Shown one piece after another: positions 40,884 to 50,346 of a stretch of DNA of 64,000 nucleotides. Under the pieces are notes generated by a model that was not told the DNA's origin, did not search any database, and saw nothing but the letters and a program-made list of their open reading frames with translations. Position numbers and translations under genes: made by a program. Positions within the stretch are counted from its first letter, which is position 1. The number at the start of each line of letters is the position of its first letter. Source of the stretch: an uncultured Chloroflexia bacterium. Its GTDB lineage: Bacteria; Chloroflexota; Limnocylindria; Limnocylindrales; CSP1-4. Where the stretch lies: contig CAVTHS010000014.1 of assembly GCA_963734535.1 (NCBI GenBank), positions 64,001 through 128,000 of the forward strand, given 5' to 3'.

Positions 40884-42173
40884 ATGAGCGGAGACGGGAG
40901 CACGGGCGCCATCGGGTCGCGCGACACCATCCGGTCTCGTGAGCCCAGCCGGTCGCGGACCCCTCGGTCGGGCGGGGCCGGATGGCCGATCGTCAACACG
41001 CACGTGCACCTGCCCCCGAACTTCTCGGCGTTCGAGACCGCCGAGGACGCCATCGAGACCGCCACCGCGGAGGGGATCCGGGTCCTCGGGGCCTCGAACT
41101 TCCACGACCGGCGGATCTACGGCAGGTTTGCCGAGGCGGCTGCGGCTGCCGGCATCGTCCCCCTGTTCGGGATCGAGTCGATCAGCGTCATCGACGCCGA
41201 GCGCGACGCCGGCGTGAAGGTGAACGACCCGGCGAACCCGGGCCGGATCTACCTCTGCGGGAAGGGCGTCGATCCGTTCGCGACGCCCACCGGGTCCGCC
41301 GGAGCCCTGGCGGCACGGGCGCGAGACGAGGACGCGAGGCGCATGCGCTCCATGGTCTCGCTGCTCGCCGACCGCTTCACGGCCGCCGGTCTCGGCACGG
41401 CGCTCACCGCGGAGAACATCGCGGAGCACGTCGCGGAGCGGGCCGGCTGTCCGCTCGAATGGGTCGTGCTGCAGGAGCGCCACGTGGCGATGGCATTCCA
41501 GGAGGCGCTCTTCGTCGCGGTGGCGCCCGAGCGGCGGCACGACATCCTGTCCCGTGCCTTCGGGGGGCCTGCGGCCGCATCCACCACGAATCCGATCCTG
41601 GTCCAGGACGAGATCCGCTCGCGCCTGATGAAGGCGGGCCGCCCGGCGTTCGTCCCGGAGTCACCGGTGTCGTTCGACGACGCCTACCAGATGATCCTCG
41701 GGTCGGGTGGGATTCCCTGTTATCCGACGCTCGCGGACGGCGCCGCGCCGGTCTGCCCGTGGGAGGAGCCGCCCGACGCGCTCGCGCGGCGCGTGCTCGG
41801 CGTGGGCATTCACGTCGCCGAGCTGATCCCGAACCGGAATGCTCCGGCCGTCGTGGACGCGTACGTCGCCGCATTCCGCCGGGCCGGCCTCCTCGTGATG
41901 GCGGGGACGGAGCACAACACGCGCCAGCGGATCCCTCTCGAGCCCCGCTGCGCAGACGGATCGCTGCCGTCGGCCGGTGCGCGTGCGGCATTCTGGGAAG
42001 CAACGTGCGTGGTCGCCGCTCACCAGCACCTCCGGGCATCCGGCCAGCCGGGCTTCGTCGACGGCCGCGGCGAGCTGAACCCGGGCTTCCCGGACGGTCC
42101 ATCGCGGACCCGCTGGTTCTCCGAGCTCGGCGCCGACCTGATCGACGCGGCATCAGGGGTGGACGCTCGATGA
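40884..42173 (+). CDS. PHP-like metal-dependent hydrolase, function unknown
   Basis: VNTHVHLP, FGIESI, NDPANPGRIYLCGKG, ELIPNRN, GTEHN. Start uncertain. Confidence 0.7.
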   Translation: MSGDGSTGAIGSRDTIRSREPSRSRTPRSGGAGWPIVNTHVHLPPNFSAFETAEDAIETATAEGIRVLGASNFHDRRIYGRFAEAAAAAGIVPLFGIESISVIDAERDAGVKVNDPANPGRIYLCGKGVDPFATPTGSAGALAARARDEDARRMRSMVSLLADRFTAAGLGTALTAENIAEHVAERAGCPLEWVVLQERHVAMAFQEALFVAVAPERRHDILSRAFGGPAAASTTNPILVQDEIRSRLMKAGRPAFVPESPVSFDDAYQMILGSGGIPCYPTLADGAAPVCPWEEPPDALARRVLGVGIHVAELIPNRNAPAVVDAYVAAFRRAGLLVMAGTEHNTRQRIPLEPRCADGSLPSAGARAAFWEATCVVAAHQHLRASGQPGFVDGRGELNPGFPDGPSRTRWFSELGADLIDAASGVDAR

Positions 42174-44293
42174 GCGGGGGGAGGTTCGGGCCCAGGGAGC
42201 TTCCGCCGGTGCCGGTCGCGGTGCTCGACGAGCTCATCGAGCTCGCCCAGCGGTTTGGCCGCGACCCGGACTTCTCGCGGGGCGGGGGCGGCAACGCCTC
42301 GGCAAAGGTCGACGGCGTCCTGTACATCAAGCCGAGCGGCGTCGCCCTCGCGACGTTGACCGTGGCCGATCTGGTGCCGCTCGACAGGGCGCCGCTGCTG
42401 GCGCTGCTCCACGGCGATGATCGCGCGGCGGACGATTCGACGGCCGGTGATGCGGGGCCGGGCGCGGGCGTCGCCACTGGCGGCGACCGCGGCGACGCGC
42501 TGATGAACGCGGCGATGGCCGCACGCCTGGCTGACTCGGGCGGGCGCCGGCCCTCGGTGGAGCTCCTCTTCCACGCGTTCCTGCCCGACAGGTTCGTCCT
42601 CCACACGCACCCGCCCGCCATCAATGCGGTCACCTGCAACAGCGACGGCGCCGCGCTGGCGGCGCGCCTCTTCGGAGACGAGGCGCTGTGGGTGTCCTAT
42701 ACGAATCCCGGCCTTCCCCTCGCTCGCGCCATCGTGGATGCCCGCCGCGCGTTCACGGCGCGAACGGGCCGGCCGGCTCCGCAGGTCACGTTGATGCAGA
42801 ACCACGGGATCATCGTGGCGGCCGACAGGCCCTCCGAGATCGACGAGCGCTCGGCGTGGCTCGTGGAGACGCTCCGTGCGGCAATGGATGCCGCGCAGAC
42901 CGGGGACGAGTCCGCGCCGGGCGAGGCCACGGCGACCCCGGCCGCGATCGAATCGGATCGCGCCCGGCTGCTCGTGGACGCCATGGCGCCGTCCCTCCGC
43001 GGGCTCCTCGCGGGCGGCAGCGCATTCCGGGTGGTCACATTCGACGACGCTCCGCTGGCGGGGGCGTTCACCGCGACCACGGCCGGCCGGGGCGCCGTTC
43101 TCGGCGGGCCGCTGACCCCCGACCAGATCGTCTACACCGGGTCCTGGCCGCTCCTCCTCGACCTGCCGACGGAGATCGCCCCCGCCGACGTGGCATCTCT
43201 CCTGCGCGAACGCCTGGTCGCACACGTCGCATCCCGCGGGTCGCTGCCGATCGTGGTGGTCGTCCCGGGCCTGGGCCTCTTCGCCTGTGGTGACACGTGG
43301 GACCAGGCCAGCACGGCGCGGTACGTCTACCTGGATTCCCTGCGCGTGGCCAGGGGCGCCATCGCCCTCGGCGGCGTTCGGGCCCTGGCCGACGGCGAGC
43401 GCGCCTTCATCGAGGCATGGGAGGCGGAGGCGTACCGGAAGGGCGTGGCGGCCGGTGCCGCGCCGACCGGCCGGGTGGCGGGCAAGGTGGCGCTCGTCAC
43501 CGGGGCGGCCCAGGGCTTCGGGCTCGCGATCGCGGCCGACCTCGTGGCCGAGGGCGCCCACGTCGTGCTGGCCGACGTCAACGCGGCGCTCGCCGAGGCC
43601 AATGCACGGGACCTCGAGGAACGGTACGGGCCGGGCCGGGCGAGCGCCGTCGCGATGAACGTCATGGACGAGCAATCTGTCGCCGACGGCTTCCACGCGA
43701 CGGTCGTGCGCTACGGCGGGCTCGACCTCCTCGTCTCGAACGCGGGAGTGCTCCGCGCCGGGGGGGTGACGAGCCAACCGGTCGCAGACTTCGACCTGGT
43801 CACGAAGGTCAACTATCGCGGCTACTTCCTGGGCGTCCGGTTCGCCGCCCCGATCATGGCCCGTCAGCACCACGTGAAGCCCGACGCGTGGAGCGACATC
43901 GTCGAGATCAACTCCAAGTCCGGGCTCGTCGGCTCCAGCCGCAACAGCGCCTATGCCGGGTCGAAGTTCGGTGGGATCGGGCTGACCCAGTCGTTCGCGC
44001 TGGAGCTGGTGGGCGACGGCATCAAGGTCAATGCGATCTGCCCGGGCAACTTCCTCGACGGGCCGCTGTGGGCCGACCCGGACAGCGGACTCTTCGTCCA
44101 GTACCTCCGCGAGGGCAAGGTGCCCGGGGCGAGGACGATCGACGACGTCCGCCACTTCTACGAGGCCAGGGTCCCAATGGGCCGCGGCTGCACGCCGGCC
44201 GACGTTCTCGTCGCGCTGTATTACCTTGTCGCCCAGCAGTACGAGACCGGCCAGGCCCTGCCCGTCACCGGCGGCCAGGTGATGCTGAGCTGA
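42170..44293 (+). CDS. Class II aldolase / SDR fusion (RhaEW-like architecture; SDR domain SrlD-like)
   Basis: ATGA overlap. GGGNASAK, IKPSG, RPSVE, LHTHP, NHG, TPDQ, EAYR; then TGAAQGFG, SNAG, INSKSG, YAGSKFGGIGLTQSFALEL. Confidence 0.88.
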   Translation: MSGGRFGPRELPPVPVAVLDELIELAQRFGRDPDFSRGGGGNASAKVDGVLYIKPSGVALATLTVADLVPLDRAPLLALLHGDDRAADDSTAGDAGPGAGVATGGDRGDALMNAAMAARLADSGGRRPSVELLFHAFLPDRFVLHTHPPAINAVTCNSDGAALAARLFGDEALWVSYTNPGLPLARAIVDARRAFTARTGRPAPQVTLMQNHGIIVAADRPSEIDERSAWLVETLRAAMDAAQTGDESAPGEATATPAAIESDRARLLVDAMAPSLRGLLAGGSAFRVVTFDDAPLAGAFTATTAGRGAVLGGPLTPDQIVYTGSWPLLLDLPTEIAPADVASLLRERLVAHVASRGSLPIVVVVPGLGLFACGDTWDQASTARYVYLDSLRVARGAIALGGVRALADGERAFIEAWEAEAYRKGVAAGAAPTGRVAGKVALVTGAAQGFGLAIAADLVAEGAHVVLADVNAALAEANARDLEERYGPGRASAVAMNVMDEQSVADGFHATVVRYGGLDLLVSNAGVLRAGGVTSQPVADFDLVTKVNYRGYFLGVRFAAPIMARQHHVKPDAWSDIVEINSKSGLVGSSRNSAYAGSKFGGIGLTQSFALELVGDGIKVNAICPGNFLDGPLWADPDSGLFVQYLREGKVPGARTIDDVRHFYEARVPMGRGCTPADVLVALYYLVAQQYETGQALPVTGGQVMLS

Positions 44294-44364
44294 GCTGCCA
44301 CCCCATCGCCGGCGGCTGCGTCCCCCCGGCGCGCGCCCGCCCCGCCGCCACGAGGAACCGCCAG

Positions 44365-46089
44365 GTGAACCAGACCCCTCCGCTCGTCCCGGCCCTCCCG
44401 ATGATCCAGCACGCGATCCAGTTCGTGGGTCCCGGGCAGCTGGTTCACAACCGCGCCAAGATCGTGGCGGCGCCGGGCCCGACGCAGCTCCTCGTGAGGG
44501 TCGAGGCGGTCGGGATCTGCTTCTCCGACACGAAGCTCCTCAAGGCGTTCTCGACGCACCTCCGGAAGGCCCGCGTCTCGAGCGGCATCGATGAGGCGGC
44601 CCTCGCGGAGATCTCGAGCTACGTCCCGGGCGAGCTGCCGACGGTCCCCGGCCACGAGGTGGCGGGACGGATCGTCGTCGTTGGCGATGCGGTCACCCGC
44701 CACGCGGTCGGCGAACGCGTCCTCGTGCAGACGGACTACCGGCACCTCGCGACGCCAGGCTCGAACGCGGCGTTCGGCTACAACTTCGAGGGCGGGCTCC
44801 AGGAGTACGTGCTGCTCGACGAGAGGATGCTCATCGAGCCTGCGACCGGGGAGCGCTTCCTGATCCCGGTCGACGAAGCACCGAGCGGCTCCGCGATCGC
44901 GCTCCTGGAGCCGTGGGCCTGCGTGGAAGCGTCGTACGCGTCGCGGGAGCGGGCCTCGCTCACGCCGTCGGGTCGCCTGCTCGTGGTCGCCGACGCGGGG
45001 CACCGCGTGAATGGACTGGCGCCGCTCCTGGCGGCCGCGACACCAGCCGCGATCACCGTCGTGGCCGGCGAGCCGGGCCAGCGGGCGCAGCTGGCGGCAG
45101 CGGTGGGCGGCGGCGCGGCGGCATTCGTGGTCGCCGCCGACGCGAGTTCGTTGCCCGCCGAATCCTTCGATGACATCGTCTATTTCGGCGCCGACGCGGA
45201 TCGGATCGAGCAGCTCCAGGGGCTGCTCGCGACAAGCGGCGTGATCGACATCGTGCTGGGCGGCGACCGGATCGGACGACCCGTCCCGGTGGACGTCGGG
45301 CGCATCCACTACGACCTCACCCGCTGGGTCGGCACGCCGGGCGGCAGCGCCGCCGACGGCTACGCGATCGCGCCCGCGAACGGCGAGCTGCGCGCCGGCG
45401 ACCGCGTCGCCGTGATCGGGGCCGCGGGCCCGATGGGCTTCATGCATGTCGTGCGGACGGCCTCCTCGGCACTGCCGGGGTTGTCGCTGACAGCGGTGGA
45501 CATCGACGATGCACGCCTTGCCCACCTCGCCGACGTTGCAGGGCCCCTCGCGGCCTCGCGCGGAATCCCGGCGGCCTTCCTCAACAGCCGGACGACCCAG
45601 CTGGATGGCGGCTTCAGCTACGTCGCGGTCATGGTTCCCGCGCCGCCCCTGGTGTCGCAGGCGGTGGAGCTGGCGGCGGCCGGCGCCCGGATCAACGTGT
45701 TCGCCGGCTTCGCGGCGGGGACGCGGGCCGCGATCGACCTCGACGCCGTGCTGGCAAACGGCGTCTACCTGTTCGGCACCAGCGGGTCGCAGATCCCGGA
45801 CATGCAGGCGGTGCTCGCCAGGCTCGAGCGCGGCGAGCTCGACACCAACATCTCGGTCGACGCGATCACGGGCATGGAGGGCGTGACCGATGCGCTCGCC
45901 GCGGTCGAGGCGCGCGCATCGGGCGGGAAGATCGTCGTCTACCCGGCGCTCCACGACCTGGGCATGTTCCGGCTCTCGGAGCTCCCGGCGCGCTTCCCGC
46001 GCGTGGCGGCCGGCCTCGTCGACGGGCGCTGGACGCGCGCCGCGGAGGACGCGCTGCTGGCGACCGCCGGGGACGCCGGCGAGGCGTGA
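44365..46089 (+). CDS. Extended zinc-binding (MDR) dehydrogenase, SorE-like
   Basis: GICFSD, VPGHE, GYNFEGGLQEY, EPWAC, GAAGPMG, GTSGS, GKIVVYP; ~574 aa. Confidence 0.82.
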   Translation: MNQTPPLVPALPMIQHAIQFVGPGQLVHNRAKIVAAPGPTQLLVRVEAVGICFSDTKLLKAFSTHLRKARVSSGIDEAALAEISSYVPGELPTVPGHEVAGRIVVVGDAVTRHAVGERVLVQTDYRHLATPGSNAAFGYNFEGGLQEYVLLDERMLIEPATGERFLIPVDEAPSGSAIALLEPWACVEASYASRERASLTPSGRLLVVADAGHRVNGLAPLLAAATPAAITVVAGEPGQRAQLAAAVGGGAAAFVVAADASSLPAESFDDIVYFGADADRIEQLQGLLATSGVIDIVLGGDRIGRPVPVDVGRIHYDLTRWVGTPGGSAADGYAIAPANGELRAGDRVAVIGAAGPMGFMHVVRTASSALPGLSLTAVDIDDARLAHLADVAGPLAASRGIPAAFLNSRTTQLDGGFSYVAVMVPAPPLVSQAVELAAAGARINVFAGFAAGTRAAIDLDAVLANGVYLFGTSGSQIPDMQAVLARLERGELDTNISVDAITGMEGVTDALAAVEARASGGKIVVYPALHDLGMFRLSELPARFPRVAAGLVDGRWTRAAEDALLATAGDAGEA

Positions 46090-46139
46090 GGGCGCTTCGC
46101 CTCAACGCCGTTCGCGAGAACCGCCCGAACGGCTGAGGC

Positions 46140-47360
46140 TCATCCCCAGCCGGCCGCCGTGCCGCCCACGCGGGCTGCTGCCCGTGCCTCGGCCTCGCCG
46201 CTCTCGAGGTATGCCCGGTAGGGATCCGCCGCCAGGCCGCGTGCCGTGCGCAGCTCGGCGAGGAGCGGCCGGACGTCGGTGGCAAACGCGTCCGCAACGA
46301 GGCGGTTTGCCTCAAGGACGTCACCCATCGCCTGCGCACCGAGGAGCGCCGCGCGATCGACGAGGAGCGCCTTCGCGATCGCCTCCTGGAAGTTCATGAC
46401 GCTCCGGATGATCGCCGGGATCTTCGGCTCGATGTTGTGGCACTGGTCGAGCATGTAGACGGTCTCGTTGGCGCAGCGCTGGGCGATCGGGTCGGCGTCG
46501 TCGCGCATGGCGTTGACCATCTCGTGCGCGATCCGGAACAGCTGGTACGGGTCGATCGAGCCGACCATCAGGTCGTCGTCGCCGTACTTCTTGTCGTTGA
46601 GGTCGAAGCCGCCGAGGGCCCCCTCCGCGAGGAGGATCGCCACGATCTGCTCGATGTTGACCCCCATCGCGTGGTGGCCCGTGTCGACGCAGACCGTGGC
46701 CATCTCGCCGACGGCGCGGCAGACCGAGAGCGACTGGCCCCAGTCCTGGACGTCGGTGGAATAGAGGGCGGGCTCGTAGAGCTTGTACTCGAGGAGCAGC
46801 CGGACCCCGGCCGGCAGGTGCGGGTAGACCTCGCGCAGGCCCTCGACTAGCCGGTGGCGCCGCCAGCGCATGTCGTCCTGGCCGGGGTAGTTCGTCCCGT
46901 CGCCCAGCCAGACCTTCACGGCGCGTGAGCCGGTCGCCGCGGCGATCTCGCAGCACTCGATGATCGCCGCAACCGCCCTGGCGCGCACCGCGGCCGACGG
47001 GTGGCAGAGCGAGCCGAGCTTGTAGTCCTGGTCCTGGAACGTGTTGCTGTTGATTCCCCCGATTCGAAGGCCGCGCTCCCCCGCGTAGGCCGCGAAGGCC
47101 GGCCAGTCTTCGACCCGGTCCCACGGGATATGGAGGGCGACGGAGCCCGTCACGCCGGTGTACCGGTTGACCGTGGCCGCGTCGTCGACCTTCTCGAAGG
47201 CGGTGCGCGGCACGCCCGTCTGCGGGAAGACCCCGAACCGGGTGCCGGTGTTGACGAAGCCCCACGACGGCAGCTCGATGGCGAGGCCCGACATGGCCCA
47301 GTCGATCCGGTCGATGGCGGGAGCGGTGGCAGGGCGGGCGACGGACTCGATCACGGGCAT
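46140..47360 (-). CDS. rhaI: L-rhamnose isomerase (RhaI/Streptomyces type)
   Basis: ELPSWGFVNTGTRF, LHIPWD, INSNTFQD, DGTNYPGQ, EYKLYEP, DTGHH, YGDDDL, MLDQCHNIE. Confidence 0.93.
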   Translation of the reverse strand: MPVIESVARPATAPAIDRIDWAMSGLAIELPSWGFVNTGTRFGVFPQTGVPRTAFEKVDDAATVNRYTGVTGSVALHIPWDRVEDWPAFAAYAGERGLRIGGINSNTFQDQDYKLGSLCHPSAAVRARAVAAIIECCEIAAATGSRAVKVWLGDGTNYPGQDDMRWRRHRLVEGLREVYPHLPAGVRLLLEYKLYEPALYSTDVQDWGQSLSVCRAVGEMATVCVDTGHHAMGVNIEQIVAILLAEGALGGFDLNDKKYGDDDLMVGSIDPYQLFRIAHEMVNAMRDDADPIAQRCANETVYMLDQCHNIEPKIPAIIRSVMNFQEAIAKALLVDRAALLGAQAMGDVLEANRLVADAFATDVRPLLAELRTARGLAADPYRAYLESGEAEARAAARVGGTAAGWG

Positions 47361-47378
47361 GGCGATCTCCTCTGCGGG

Positions 47379-48888
47379 TCAGGGGGCGGTGGCCGCGCGG
47401 GCGCGCAACTGGCGCATGGCGGGCGAGGACGTCTGCGAAACGGGCGCGGGCCTCGGCCCAGTCGCCCTCGGGGTCATAGGCGGTGACCGGGAACGAGCGG
47501 GCGACAAGCTCGCGCGCCTCGGCCACCGAGGCGAGCTCCCCCGCGGCAATCGCCTGCACGGCCAGGTTGCCGATGGCGGTCGCCTCGACCGGGCCGGCCC
47601 GCACGGGGAGGCCGGTGGCGCCGGCCGTCAACCGGCAGAGCAGCCGGTGATTCGACCCGCCGCCCACCACGTGGATCGCGTCGATCGGATGGCCCGACGC
47701 GCGCGCCAGCTCGGCGACTGCGACCGCGTAGCGGAGCGCGAGGCTCTCGAGGATCACGCGGATGAGCGTCCCCGCGTCCGGCGGGACGGGCTGCCCGGTC
47801 TCGGCGCAGAACGCCCGCACCTGGGCGGGCAGGTCTCCCGGGCGCAGGAAGCGCTCGTCGTCCGGGTCGATGAAGGCGGTGAACGCGGGCGCCGCCTCGG
47901 CGCGGGCGGCGAGCTCCTCGTACGTTGGGGCGTCGCCCGCCGGCCAGAGCGCGCGACGGCACTCCTGCACCAGCCAGAGTCCCATGACGTTGCGCAGCAG
48001 GCGGATCGTGCCCGCGACGCCACCCTCGTTCGTGAGGTTGGCCGCGAGGGTCACGCCGGACACCACGGGGGCGGCAACCTCCAGCCCGATCAGCGACCAC
48101 GTTCCCGACGACAGGAACGCGGTGCGCGGGCCGGCCAGCGGCGCGCCGACGACCGCGGACGCCGTGTCGTGGGATCCGGGAGCCACGACCCGGGCCCCCG
48201 CGAGACCCGTCTCGGCGGCGACATCCGGGCGGAGCGAGCCCAGCACGGTACCGGGCTGCACGATCTCCGGGAGGAACCCGGTGGGGATGCCCAGCCGCTC
48301 CAGCAAGGGGCGCGCCCAGTCGCGGGCGACCGGGTCCAGGCACTGGCTCGTGCTGGCGTTCGTGTACTCGGCGACCGAGCTTCCGCACAGGAAGTGGGAG
48401 AACAGGTCGCCCATCATCAGCAGCCGATCCGCCGCGCGGAGCTGGGGATCGCCGGCGCGAGCCATCGAGAAGAGCTGGAAGAGCGTGTTGATGGGCATGA
48501 ACTGGATTCCCGTGGCCTGGTAGATCTCCTCGCGCGGGACCACCCCGAAGGCCAGCTCGGGCACTCCGGCCGTGCGGGCATCCCGGTAATGGACGGGGTT
48601 GCCGAGGAGCCTGCCGCGAGCGTCGACCAGCCCGAAGTCCACGCCCCAGGTGTCCACCCCGATCGAGGCCACCGGGCCGCTGGCGGCGGCCCGCCGCAGG
48701 CCCGCGGTGACGTCGCCGAAGAGGCGCAGGAAGTCCCAGTGGAGCGTGCCCGCCAGCATCACCGGCACGTTGGCAAACCGGTGAACGCCGTCGAGCGCCA
48801 TGCGCCCGCCGTCGAATGTCCCGACGACGACGCGGCCGCTCTCCGCACCGAGGTCGATGGCCACCATCAGGAGCGGCGAGTCAGTCAA
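47379..48888 (-). CDS. rhaB: Rhamnulokinase (FGGY family); probable frameshift in the last ~20 codons
   Basis: AIDLGAESGR, DTWGVDFG, YRDART, TGIQFMPINTLFQL, HDTASAV, SSGTWSL, TNEGG, GPVEATAIGN. As read, the frame runs on over rhaI; a TGA at 47381-47379 in another frame is the likely stop. Confidence 0.9.
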
Positions 48889-49195
48889 GGCGGAACACCT
48901 CCTCGAGGCGCCGATGGAAGCCCGTGGCAGGGTCGGTGCACGGGTCGATGAGGGCCGCCATCTCGGCCTGCCAGCGTGCATTGACGGGCGACCCGTCCAT
49001 CATCGCCCGAAAGCGGTCGAAGTCCAGCACGTCGAATACGCCGAACAGGTCGTCGTCGCGCTGGTAGATCGAGTAGTTGCCGCAGCCGGCGGCCCGGAGC
49101 GCGTCGAGCATCTCCGGCCACACGGCCGCGTGACGGCGCCGGTACTCCGCCTCCGCCCCGGGCAGGAGCTTCATCGTGAAGGCGACACGTTCCAT
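48881..49195 (-). CDS. rhaM: L-rhamnose mutarotase
   Basis: MERVAFTMKL, EYRRRHAAVWPEM, NYSIY, EEVFRLD. Confidence 0.93.
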   Translation of the reverse strand: MERVAFTMKLLPGAEAEYRRRHAAVWPEMLDALRAAGCGNYSIYQRDDDLFGVFDVLDFDRFRAMMDGSPVNARWQAEMAALIDPCTDPATGFHRRLEEVFRLD

Positions 49196-49213
49196 CGCGG
49201 CTCCTCCGAATCG

Positions 49214-49246
49214 CAGGGCCCCGGAAGCGATGCCTCCGGGGCCCTG
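49214..49246 (-). terminator. Hairpin downstream of the rhamnose binding-protein gene
   Basis: CAGGGCCCCGGA-agcgatgcc-TCCGGGGCCCTG, 12-bp perfect stem. Confidence 0.6.
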
Positions 49247-49270
49247 ACCCGCGTCTTGCCGAAGGCGGGG

Positions 49271-50329
49271 CTAGAAGTTGAAGTTGTCGACGTTCGTCTT
49301 GTCGAACCGGAACGCCGGCCCGAGGATCACGACGCTGTCCTTGCCGATCGTGTAGGGCTTGTCGCCGTTGAGCCCCTTGACAGTGAAGGTCTCGCCTTCC
49401 TTGCCGGTGATCTCGCCGCTGACGAGCTTGGCCGCGACCTGGTAGGAGAGGTAGCCAAGGTCAGGAACGCTCCACAGCCCGAAGACCGGGGAGGTGCCGT
49501 CCTTGACGAAGGGCTTCATGTCGTTCGGGAAGCCGAGGCCGGTCACCTTGACGGAGTCCGACTTGCCGGCCTGCTTGACGACCTGGGCGGCCGCCAGGAT
49601 CCCGACCGTCGTCGGGGCCACGATGACCTTGAGGTTGGGGTACTTGGTGAGGAGGGCCTGGGCCTGGGTCGTGCTGACCGTGGCGTCGTCGTTGCCATAG
49701 ACAGTGTCGACGAGCTTGAGGCCCTTGTACTTGTCGGTGGCGAGGGTCTTCTTCATGAGGTCGATCCACTCGTTCTGGTTGGTCGCCGTGGCGGCCGCAG
49801 AGAGGATCGCGATGTCGCCGGTGCAGCTGGGGGCGAGCTCACATGCCCAGTCCGCGAGGTTGACGCCGACGCCGCTGAAGTCGACCTGGTTGACGAAGAC
49901 GTTGTAGGCGCCGACCGCCGGGCTCGAGTCGAAGCCGACGACCTTGATCCCGGCCGCCATCGCCGCCTTCAGGGCCGGGGCAACCTCGTCCTTGCCGTCG
50001 GCAGAGATGATGATCGCGCTGACCTTCTGGGTGGTGAGATCGGTGATGAACGGGATCTGGAGATCCGGCTTGGCCTCGTTCGGCCCGACCTGGATCACCT
50101 TGCCGCCGGTCTCGCCGGCGGCCTTGTCGACGCCGGTCTTCGCGGCGGCGAAGTACTGGTTGACGATGTCCTTCGGCAGGTAGCCGACGGTGATGCCGGC
50201 GGCCGCACCGGAGGCCGCGGCGGACGCGGCCGCCGACGGGCTCGGCGTCGCGCTGCCCGAGCATGCCGCGAATACCAGCGCTGCGACGCTGACGAGGGCG
50301 ACGGTTCGCCCGACGTTCCTGAGCTCCAA
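49271..50329 (-). CDS. Rhamnose ABC transporter substrate-binding lipoprotein
   Basis: TTG start after AAGGAGG; lipobox FAAC; LPKDIVNQYF, ATATNQNEWI, APTTVG, TGLGFP, GLW. Confidence 0.9.
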   Translation of the reverse strand: MELRNVGRTVALVSVAALVFAACSGSATPSPSAAASAAASGAAAGITVGYLPKDIVNQYFAAAKTGVDKAAGETGGKVIQVGPNEAKPDLQIPFITDLTTQKVSAIIISADGKDEVAPALKAAMAAGIKVVGFDSSPAVGAYNVFVNQVDFSGVGVNLADWACELAPSCTGDIAILSAAATATNQNEWIDLMKKTLATDKYKGLKLVDTVYGNDDATVSTTQAQALLTKYPNLKVIVAPTTVGILAAAQVVKQAGKSDSVKVTGLGFPNDMKPFVKDGTSPVFGLWSVPDLGYLSYQVAAKLVSGEITGKEGETFTVKGLNGDKPYTIGKDSVVILGPAFRFDKTNVDNFNF

Positions 50330-50346
50330 GACTGTTCCTCCTTGAT

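Noticed and set aside
46321-48981. 886-aa RhaB with a long C-terminal extension over rhaI
   Set aside because: The extension is Arg/Gly/Pro-rich shadow translation of rhaI. A likely indel near 47420 removes the real stop.
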